DNA of 64,000 nucleotides, taken from positions 1 to 64,000 of the IMG/VR virus record IMGVR_UViG_3300036760_000522. One strand, written 5' to 3'. Positions within the stretch are counted from its first letter, which is position 1. Each line of letters opens with the position of its first letter. The notes below the pieces were generated by a model. It searched no databases. It was not told the origin of the DNA and saw nothing but the letters and a program-made list of their open reading frames with translations. A program made the position numbers and the translations under genes. Below, one piece after another: positions 8,525-15,908 of this stretch.

Positions 8525-9283
8525 GTCGAGACAGGGACCAAGGTCCCTGATGATTTCAACGACATCACCAGCGGCATGCTGCTCGCTGCCCCGGAGTCGA
8601 GACAGGGACCAAGGTCCCTGATGATTTCAACCAACGGACCGATCAAGACCTCTGGTAACGCCATCAGGTCGAGACAGGGACCAAGGTCCCTGATGATTTC
8701 AACGACCATGTTCGGAGAGGACGATGACGCTGTTCGCGGTCGAGACAGGGACCAAGGTCCCTGATGATTTCAACAACCCAGCCGGCGACGGTGGCGGCCC
8801 CGCCATGAACTGGTCGAGACAGGGACCAAGGTCCCTGATGATTTCAACACAATAACGCGGAGCAGATGAATGTCACAATTAGTTGGTCGAGACAGGGACC
8901 AAGGTCCCTGATGATTTCAACTCTGAGTTGAGTCCGCATATGTAGTCACCTACTTCGTGTCGAGACAGGGACCAAAGTCCCTGATGATTTCAACATGGAG
9001 GTCCTATGTTCGTTGATAACAATTGCACCGGGTCGAGACAGGGACCAAGGTCCCTGATGATTTCAACTCAGCGTGGCGACCAAGGAACGGACCTTACAGG
9101 TTGTCGAGACAGGGACCAAGGTCCCTGATGATTTCAACACTGGACGACCCCGCCGGCGCGCGACTCCACCATCAGTCGAGACAGGGACCAAGGTCCCTGA
9201 TGATTTCAACATGCCTGATCGCGTGCACGACTCCTCAGTAGGGGGATGTCGAGACAGGGACCAAGGTCCCTGATGATTTCAAC
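8525..9283 (+). CRISPR. CRISPR array, conserved block: 11 repeats GTCGAGACAGGGACCAAGGTCCCTGATGATTTCAAC (36 nt), spacers 35-38 nt
   Basis: Repeats start at 8525, 8596, 8668, 8739, 8813, 8886, 8959 (one substitution), 9032, 9103, 9175, 9248; stem CAGGGACC/GGTCCCTG followed by 11-nt ATGATTTCAAC. Confidence 0.98.
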
Positions 9284-9346
9284 GCGGCGAGCCGGCCCGG
9301 CGTCACGCGCCACAAGATCGATCAAAAACAGAGGCCTAAGCCTCTG

Positions 9347-9409
9347 ATGATTTCAATATTGGAGCCCTAACCCACGCGATATACGAGATTCCATTGTCCA
9401 GCAAGCAGG
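9347..9409 (+). ncRNA. candidate cas-regulating crRNA 1 (handle + spacer after first variant repeat)
   Basis: Spacer nt 1-11 (9358-9368, ATTGGAGCCCT) identical to 2696-2706 next to a TTC PAM. Confidence 0.65.
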
Positions 9410-10088
9410 GATGTGACAGGAGCCTTGGCTCCTGATGATTTCAACCCAGAGGCCCCTGGCGGTTTGGATGGACCCGAACTGACATGTGACAGGAGCCTTG
9501 GCTCCTGGTGATTCCAACAAGACAGGTGCTTAGGCACCTGATGATTTCAACGGAGTGCGCGTCGTTGCACAGCAGACCGAGGTGCTCGGATCGAAACAGG
9601 GACTCAGTCCCTGATGATTTCAACTTGTCCACCGGTGCATCCCAATGCACCGGTGCCGGAGCTTCAGCTCCTGTTTTTGACTCGTCAAGAACAGCGTTGA
9701 AGCACCTGATGGTTTCAATTCTTGTACCGATCCTGGCTTCACTAGAACGACAGCAGGACGTGACAGGAGCCTTGGCTCCTGGTGATTCCAACATGAGCGC
9801 CGCCTCGATGCGATCCTCAACGCCTTCAAAACGACAGGAGCTTCAAGGCTCCTGATGATTTCAACACACTGCACAGCGAGTCCTCGACAGCATTGGCATC
9901 GCCTCAAGACAGGGGCTACAAGACTCCTGATGATTTCAACACTCAACAACAGGTGGCAGAACGAGGCCTCTCGTATACAGGTGCTTAGGCACCTGATGAT
10001 TTCAACCAAAGCGCCCGGTCCATCGGGATGCACTGCGCCTTCAACTGGAACGGTGATTGTGTATGAAGCAAGAGCAAAAAAGCCCCTG

Positions 10089-10134
10089 GGGATTTCAATA
10101 TTGGTGCCCTATCGTGTTTGGTATGAAAAGTCTA
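10089..10134 (+). ncRNA. candidate cas-regulating crRNA 2
   Basis: Spacer from 10100 (ATTGGTGCCCTAT) matches 2696-2708 except at positions 6 and 12. Confidence 0.55.
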
Positions 10135-10985
10135 GTCAGTAACAGGGGTTCAACCCCTGATGATTTCAACTCGTATCGATGGTATGTCGAACTTGAGCGG
10201 GCAAAATCAGGAGCTTAAGCTCCTGATGATTTCAACAAAGGCAAAGTCGATCGAGAGACTACTGTGCCAAAATCAGGGGATCAATCCCCTGATGATTTCA
10301 ACATCGACAAGCAGGGATTCACCGGAGCGTTGCTGGTTGTCGGTCCAGGGGCTAGGTCCCCTGATGATTTCAACGCGCAGACCATCGACGGCGTAATCGA
10401 AGAGCTCTCGGTCAGAGACAGGAGCTTCGGCTCCTTGGTGATTACAACAAATGCACACCGGCCGGTCTTGTCGGCGCCCCGTCAGTAGCAGGGGTTCAAC
10501 TCCCCTGATGATTTCAACCAGCCCGAAGCTCTAGAGGACGAACTCGCGGCGATGACAGGAAACAGGGACCTTGGTCCCTGATGATTTTAACGTTGAGAAA
10601 CCAGGGCTGTTCCTTCAGCTTGGCCTGTCGAAACAGGGACTCAGGTCCCTGATGATTTCAACATCAAAAGCTCAAAGGCTTGACGGACTTCGTGGGGATC
10701 GAAACAGGGACTCAGGTCCCTGATGATTTCAACCTCTACGGGATATCGGCCATCCGAGATCGCCAAAAAACAGGAGCTGAAGCTCCTGATGATTTCAACT
10801 ACCAATCGTGTTCGTCGAGAGCCCCCAAGATCGAAGACAGTCAGGGGCTTAGGCTCCTGATGATTTCAATAGCACAGTGGACGGGCGCGACGCTGTTGGT
10901 GTACTATCTGGTCATCGGTATCTTGTCGAGATATTGTGCCTTTCGGCTGTGGCCAGATAGCTGACTTGGAGGAGGCCCCACGAAA

Positions 10986-11354
10986 ATGAACGAAGAAATC
11001 GATGCGATGTACTTACAGCACTGCCCTCATTGTGCGGGGGTGCATGTCGAACCCGTCCAACTTCCTGAGCCGCAAACGGCACGAAGACTTGCGTGCGGGA
11101 ATTGTCACTTCACGGCGGAAGAGGAACAATTTCGGGAGTACCAAAAGGCACGAATAAGGGAGTCCGAGCTACTGGCGCATTGCCGGGAGCAGTACGAGAC
11201 GTTGGTTCTTTTCGACAGAGTCGTCGATGTTGAGCCCTTACCTGCTGAGTGGTGTGAGGTGATCGACACATACCATCGCAAATGTGTCGCAGCTCGAGAG
11301 GAAGCTTTCTTCAGTAGCTTCGACAGTGCGATGTCGGTCCAGAATCGAGTTTGA
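10986..11354 (+). CDS. zinc-ribbon hypothetical protein
   Basis: CPHC...CGNC; GGAGG upstream; stop inside the repeated element. Confidence 0.65.
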   Translation: MNEEIDAMYLQHCPHCAGVHVEPVQLPEPQTARRLACGNCHFTAEEEQFREYQKARIRESELLAHCREQYETLVLFDRVVDVEPLPAEWCEVIDTYHRKCVAAREEAFFSSFDSAMSVQNRV

Positions 11355-11375
11355 ACCCGTCAGATGTTGAGAGGT
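11346..11375 (+). repeat. dispersed 30-bp element, copy 2
   Basis: 29/30 identical to 1727-1756. Confidence 0.9.
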
Positions 11376-11419
11376 GTGAGTCACGACCGGAGGCCGCCTT
11401 GTTCGCTCGGGGTAGTTGT

Positions 11420-11450
11420 GTTTGAACCCGTCAGATGTTGAGAGAATAAT
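11420..11450 (+). promoter_or_regulatory. dispersed element copy 3; sigma70-like promoter upstream of RHH gene
   Basis: TTGAAC-17 nt-AATAAT (11422-11450). Confidence 0.55.
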
Positions 11451-11493
11451 CGCGCTCATGGTAACATTAGCGTTGCTTGCCCCCTAAACTACG

Positions 11494-11730
11494 ATGGCTA
11501 CGAAGTCTGTGACACTGCAAGTGAGACTCGACGCTCAATCTGTTGAGTTGCTCGACAGGGTCCGCCACGTCATGCGCCAGCGTGTAGGAGGGGCTGAGGT
11601 ACCAGAGTTCCCAAGATCCAGGGTCCACAGGCTGGCGCTGCTGAGAGGGTTGCAAAGCTTGTGTGACGAGTTCGGGATCAAAGCGGAGCGAAAGCAAAAA
11701 ATTGCTGGTGCCTTTCCTCGAAAAATCTGA
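11494..11730 (+). CDS. ribbon-helix-helix (CopG-like) regulator
   Basis: N-terminal beta pattern TLQVRLD, helix, then SRVHRLALLRGL. Confidence 0.6.
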   Translation: MATKSVTLQVRLDAQSVELLDRVRHVMRQRVGGAEVPEFPRSRVHRLALLRGLQSLCDEFGIKAERKQKIAGAFPRKI

Positions 11731-11755
11731 GAACCTGTAGAGGGAGACAACAACC

Positions 11756-11911
11756 ATGAAATTCGCCCGCAGAAAATTAGTGCTTGGATTGCCGGCCTGG
11801 TTCGCAGTGAAGGCCCAACTTCCTGAGGAGACAGAGCTTGAGGATCCGCTAGACAACAAGGGTCAGTTGACCAAGGAAGACTTGCGACTGTTGGTTGAGG
11901 CCGGGTTGTGA
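11756..11911 (+). CDS. small hypothetical protein (51 aa)
   Basis: GGGAG RBS; MKFARRKLVLG... Confidence 0.45.
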   Translation: MKFARRKLVLGLPAWFAVKAQLPEETELEDPLDNKGQLTKEDLRLLVEAGL

Positions 11912-12081
11912 CAAAGGTTGCTCGCAGTACTCCTTGCGCCTCTTGGTTGTGTCCCAACGGGTGACTTGAAGGAGGCCCAAGCACTCGTTACTACTTCATC
12001 ATCAATACCAAGCGGCCGAACCGGAAAGTGTCGGGACCTTTCCCGCTCAAAACGGCTAAGCAGTAAGGTTGGCACCGAAGT

Positions 12082-12477
12082 ATGATGCAGCCTAAGTTGT
12101 GGCCCGTCTCGTTCGATATTCCGTCAGGTGGCGAAACGTCTAGCCATCATTCGGGGAACCCTACGGGAGCCAAGCAGGATTTGAGGGCACAACCTCCTGT
12201 AGCGGTGGACGGGACACAACAAAGACTCGCGCCAGTACAGGGCGAGGACCGCAACGAGGACGGTTCAGCGCCTTCTCCTCGACCACGCGACGGTTGGGTT
12301 GTGAAGCCGGGTCGCATCTCGTGGTCCGAGCACCTGGAGGCATTTGAGGCGTATGCTGAGCAACATGGTCGAGAGCAAGGACCTGAGCGCATGGCTGAAC
12401 GTGGCGGATTCAGTTACTACGAGTTGCTAATGTTTCTTGGACATCAGCCCAAGACGTGGGAGCCTCGCAAGGGCTAA
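12082..12477 (+). CDS. hypothetical phage protein
   Basis: ORF; C-terminal ISW.EH.EA..AY...G..Q..ER.AERGGF resembles phage hypotheticals. Confidence 0.6.
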   Translation: MMQPKLWPVSFDIPSGGETSSHHSGNPTGAKQDLRAQPPVAVDGTQQRLAPVQGEDRNEDGSAPSPRPRDGWVVKPGRISWSEHLEAFEAYAEQHGREQGPERMAERGGFSYYELLMFLGHQPKTWEPRKG

Positions 12478-12514
12478 ACCTCCTCCTGCCAATTCAAGAC
12501 CTCGGAGAGAAGCT

Positions 12515-12757
12515 GTGACAAGGTGGCGAGTTTACGACTATCCGGCGTCCAAACAGGTGATTGTCAAGGAGGGCTTCAGCTGGCCGTGTTTCCTTTTCTG
12601 GCCAATCTGGGCATTGCTTGCACGGGTTTGGGTCGTCTTCAACCTGTGGGTGTTGTACGCAATGTTAAAGCCAGTATGGCTCGCGGTAAAAAACCGAAGC
12701 GTTCAAAGGTCTGTCGGAAAAGTTTTTGAACCACTTGGTGTCGCCAGCAGACCATGA
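12515..12757 (+). CDS. DUF2628-like membrane protein
   Basis: VKEGFSWPCFLFWPIWALL motif; GTG start with GGAG RBS. Confidence 0.55.
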   Translation: MTRWRVYDYPASKQVIVKEGFSWPCFLFWPIWALLARVWVVFNLWVLYAMLKPVWLAVKNRSVQRSVGKVFEPLGVASRP

Positions 12758-12960
12758 GTACGTTGAACCCTCTGGTCTCTCCAACGGTGGCAGTATGCTA
12801 GGAGGTCTTATGTTGTGGTGTCTTTTCGGAGTCCTCCTCATCGTAGTAGTCGTGGCGGCCTTCTTGTAGTCACGTAGTCGTGGTTTTTCAAAAATTTGAC
12901 CGGGGCGAAATTTGAGAATCCGTACTATTTGTATCCCTTTCGTTTTCTGTTCGCGTATTG

Positions 12961-12980
12961 GATGTGCAAATTTGCACATC
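12961..12980. promoter_or_regulatory. perfect 20-bp palindrome in AT-rich intergenic region
   Basis: GATGTGCAAA|TTTGCACATC. Confidence 0.6.
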
Positions 12981-13067
12981 TTCATCAACCGCTAAGGATA
13001 ATCAAGCGGTTCTGGACCCACTCGAATTAGCGGCGGTGTTTGCGGAGCAGGCTTTGAAAGGTATTCA

Positions 13068-13514
13068 ATGGAACAAATGACAACTGACGACATCAGAACC
13101 AAGGTCGTGGCTTCACTCGAGCTAATCGGGATCAAGTACAGCAAGGTCACGGTTTTGGATCTAGGCCTCCAGTGGGTCGTGGATTGTTTTGAGCAATTGA
13201 GCATACACCTCGAACACGACACACACTTGATTCAAGGAGTTATGATCCAAGCACCAAGAACGTTGCTGCTTCTTGGCGCCAACGGCTACTGGTATGTATT
13301 CGTGGAACGACATTCTCCTGAGGAAGCCCAACCTCATGAGACCTTTGCTGACGGATTTTACTGCGTCTCCGACAGTGAGGAAGGCGGGACACCTGATTGC
13401 CTCATGAGCGGTATTGTGGAAGTCGTGCGTGAGTTGGCCGAGCGTCGTCTTCCAACCACAGGAACGGACGGGCTGCGAACAGGACAGGGGAACGTGCCTG
13501 TGTTCAAGAGATAG
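13068..13514 (+). CDS. hypothetical protein
   Basis: 148-aa ORF at head of a coupled gene run. Confidence 0.6.
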   Translation: MEQMTTDDIRTKVVASLELIGIKYSKVTVLDLGLQWVVDCFEQLSIHLEHDTHLIQGVMIQAPRTLLLLGANGYWYVFVERHSPEEAQPHETFADGFYCVSDSEEGGTPDCLMSGIVEVVRELAERRLPTTGTDGLRTGQGNVPVFKR

Positions 13515-13712
13515 GTGACACACTTGTTCCTAGAGTTCTTGGAACGACACAGCATACCTGTAGTGGGCCTGCTGTGTATTGCCTTCCTCATCTGGATCAC
13601 CAGCGAGATAGGTGAAACCAAATCACAGATCGATACTGCTGTGAAAGACCTCGACGAAATCCGCGCACACGTGTTACGTATCAACGAGTGTTGTAAGGAG
13701 TGTGCTCAATGA
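13515..13712 (+). CDS. small membrane protein
   Basis: one hydrophobic helix then a coiled segment. Confidence 0.5.
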   Translation: MTHLFLEFLERHSIPVVGLLCIAFLIWITSEIGETKSQIDTAVKDLDEIRAHVLRINECCKECAQ

Positions 13713-13876
13713 GCTCACCTGATCTTGAAAGGCGTATGGATGAGGTCATCGCACGACATCGTGCTGAGCATCGAGAGGCGCGAGAGAGATCCCTTGCCGT
13801 GTACGAAGCGTGTTACCTTGCTGCGATGAAAGACGTCATGGAGCGTGCCGCGAAGGAGTCGTTACAAGATGAGTGA
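13709..13876 (+). CDS. small protein, paralog of 14055-14264
   Basis: MSSPDLERRMDEVIARHRAEHREARERS...; ATGA overlap with upstream gene; below the ORF-track size cutoff. Confidence 0.65.
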   Translation: MSSPDLERRMDEVIARHRAEHREARERSLAVYEACYLAAMKDVMERAAKESLQDE

Positions 13877-14054
13877 AGGAACAACAACACTCTTGGCTTG
13901 GGCTGTCTTACGCGAGTACAGCGTTGGCATCTGTGTGATTCTCCTCACCCCTGGGAATCGGTGCTTGGTTGGTCAGTGGTAGCCCGGATCAAACTCCACA
14001 GACTCTCAAGGCGCAGCAAGCACAGATCGAGGAACTCAAGATGGAGCTAAGCCG

Positions 14055-14264
14055 ATGCCGGCGATCCCCGTGACGGGTCCTGACAACAACAGGCCAAGGC
14101 CGTCGGCTGATCTTGAGCGCCGTATGGCCGAAGTCATCGCACGCCACCGCGCTGAACACCGAGAAGCGAGGGAAAGATCAAAACTCATGTATGAAGCCGT
14201 GTGGCTTGCCGCGATGAAGGACCTCATGCTACGTGCAGCCGCAGCCGGTCGAGAGGACCCTTGA
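14055..14264 (+). CDS. small protein, paralog of 13709-13876
   Basis: DLERRMAEVIARHRAEHREARERS shared. Confidence 0.65.
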   Translation: MPAIPVTGPDNNRPRPSADLERRMAEVIARHRAEHREARERSKLMYEAVWLAAMKDLMLRAAAAGREDP

Positions 14265-14265
14265 A

Positions 14266-14586
14266 ATGGATTACAAGCAGCATTGCCCGAACCCCCTCTG
14301 CGGGCAGTCGGATTACATGTTCCTCCGACTGGATAATGTGTTCAGATGCTCGGACTGTGGACTGAGCCTCCCAGAACCGTCCTTCAGAGCCTTCCAGGCC
14401 CTCCAGGAAGCCCACGCCCTGCTTGCCAAGCAATACGAGCTATGCCTCAAGCGGGACCCCACCAACGTCGTCGTGGGGCTAGCAGCGTGTATCGCCACCC
14501 TGGACCAGGCAGCCGGGATGGCTGACGAGTACCGCGATCGCTGCAACGGTACTGTTCGTGTGGTGGGCGCAGAGGGCGGGTATTAG
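14266..14586 (+). CDS. zinc-ribbon hypothetical protein
   Basis: YKQHCPNPLC...CSDC. Confidence 0.6.
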   Translation: MDYKQHCPNPLCGQSDYMFLRLDNVFRCSDCGLSLPEPSFRAFQALQEAHALLAKQYELCLKRDPTNVVVGLAACIATLDQAAGMADEYRDRCNGTVRVVGAEGGY

Positions 14587-14702
14587 GTGCCCGAGGGAAC
14601 AGTGTGAATGCCCCTCGGGCGAAGGCCGACATCAAGCGTAGTCACACCCACCTCTTGGGGAGAGCCTTAGAGCCGTGTGTCACACCAGCTCCGACTACGG
14701 GC

Positions 14703-15230
14703 CTAACACGTCGTCGGAGCTTGCGTGTCTAGAGGCTTGTGCGTCGAGAGGCTTGTGCGTCGAGTGGCGACTTGGATCCGCCTTGAGTTCCTTGAACGCT
14801 TGCTGCCCCGACCTGAGCGTTTCACCTGTAGAGCTTCTTGCCCCTCGGTGACTTTCTCCTCGGTGACTTTCTCCTCAGTCCAATGCAAGCGTCCATCGTC
14901 GGAACAACATCTACACAGGTCACACCAGCTCAACCATTTGCCGTCGACATAAAGATTTCTTCGAATCGCAGGCGGATGACTGCATTTCTGTGTGACCTGG
15001 TGCGGCACTTCGACTAGTCGAAGTGGTTGGATTGGAACTGTCGTCACACCGCCACAAAACTCGATTTCGATTTCGCGAATAATCTCTCGAGTCCGAATTA
15101 GCCCGACTGCTCCAATGAGACGGCGCAAGTTTTGCAAATCCGTCAACGGAGGTATGGGGCTGTCAAGGTCCTTGACAGACGCTTGTGGGAAGGCTTCTTC
15201 GGCTTGTGGAGTTCCATTCGGCGGTTTCAT
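14703..15230 (-). CDS. hypothetical protein
   Basis: ORF in coupled minus-strand run; Cys/His cluster. Confidence 0.5.
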   Translation of the reverse strand: MKPPNGTPQAEEAFPQASVKDLDSPIPPLTDLQNLRRLIGAVGLIRTREIIREIEIEFCGGVTTVPIQPLRLVEVPHQVTQKCSHPPAIRRNLYVDGKWLSWCDLCRCCSDDGRLHWTEEKVTEEKVTEGQEALQVKRSGRGSKRSRNSRRIQVATRRTSLSTHKPLDTQAPTTC

Positions 15231-15619
15231 GTTGATGAGCTCCGTCCTTCAGGCCACGGTACTTCCGGCCAGTACACGACCTGACCGCGTCCTAGCTCGT
15301 CGTAGCTGAGACCTCGAAGTTGTTTCGCCATCGCAGCCACTTCCGCTGCTCCATTGAGAGAGGCTTGCGTGAGCACATCACACACGAAGGCCCAAATTGG
15401 AGTATCGCGATCGAGGGCAACCGAAACACACTGAACGCCGTACATGCCGCGACCTGAATAGGACCGCAGTTCATAGCCCGAGTCTTCTAACGCCTCGATG
15501 AAGGCCGCCTGTTCAAGTTGTAGTTCGGAAGAAGTGGCGTACTCAGCTTGGTACGAAGTGTCGACAGTCAGGCTGTCGAGGTCTTTGACAGAGGCCGGGG
15601 GTGTTCCTTGATTAGACAT
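15227..15619 (-). CDS. hypothetical phage protein
   Basis: YELRSYSGRGMYG..CV...D.LG.G.VVYWP pattern typical of phage hypotheticals. Confidence 0.65.
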   Translation of the reverse strand: MSNQGTPPASVKDLDSLTVDTSYQAEYATSSELQLEQAAFIEALEDSGYELRSYSGRGMYGVQCVSVALDRDTPIWAFVCDVLTQASLNGAAEVAAMAKQLRGLSYDELGRGQVVYWPEVPWPEGRSSST

Positions 15620-15908
15620 GGTTCAATTCCTCTGCGAGTACCTCTGTCAACATTTCGTCTACGAGCCTCTGGCTCAAAGCTGACTGGATCTTGTGCTCGG
15701 GGGTTTCGACCTCGACACAAATCTCGTAGCCGATCCATTCCGCACAGCAACCGAAGGGCGCTACGATCGTACGCACGGACTTGAGTAGGTCAACTACTTC
15801 ACGTCCGACACGAACCATCAATTGGGCGTCTCCTGAAGGCCCTGGTACGAGCTCTGTTGAGTCGTAGCCGGCCGCACATAGAGCCTCCTCAGCAGCTTCG
15901 AGACTCAT
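15612..15908 (-). CDS. hypothetical protein
   Basis: coupled ORF. Confidence 0.55.
   Translation of the reverse strand: MSLEAAEEALCAAGYDSTELVPGPSGDAQLMVRVGREVVDLLKSVRTIVAPFGCCAEWIGYEICVEVETPEHKIQSALSQRLVDEMLTEVLAEELNHV

Larger units (their letters stand above)
9284..10870 (+). CRISPR. CRISPR array, variant block: about 22 structure-conserved, sequence-variable repeats
   Basis: Units end at 9357, 9445, 9518, 9551, 9624, 9719, 9792, 9865, 9940, 10006, 10099, 10170, 10236, 10302, 10374, 10448, 10518, 10591, 10662, 10733, 10799, 10870; nearly all keep a CAG...CTG stem base plus an ATGATTTCAAC-like handle. Confidence 0.9.

Noticed and set aside
8430-10964. Many 60-140 aa ORFs across the CRISPR array
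   Set aside because: Translations of repeats (recurring SRQGPRSLMIST and similar); no RBS or protein-like content
11346-11444. Second mini CRISPR array from the two GTTTGAACCCGTCAGATGTTGAGAG copies
   Set aside because: Only two copies with a 49-nt gap, no stem, and a third copy 9.6 kb away at a gene boundary; better explained as a promoter/recombination element
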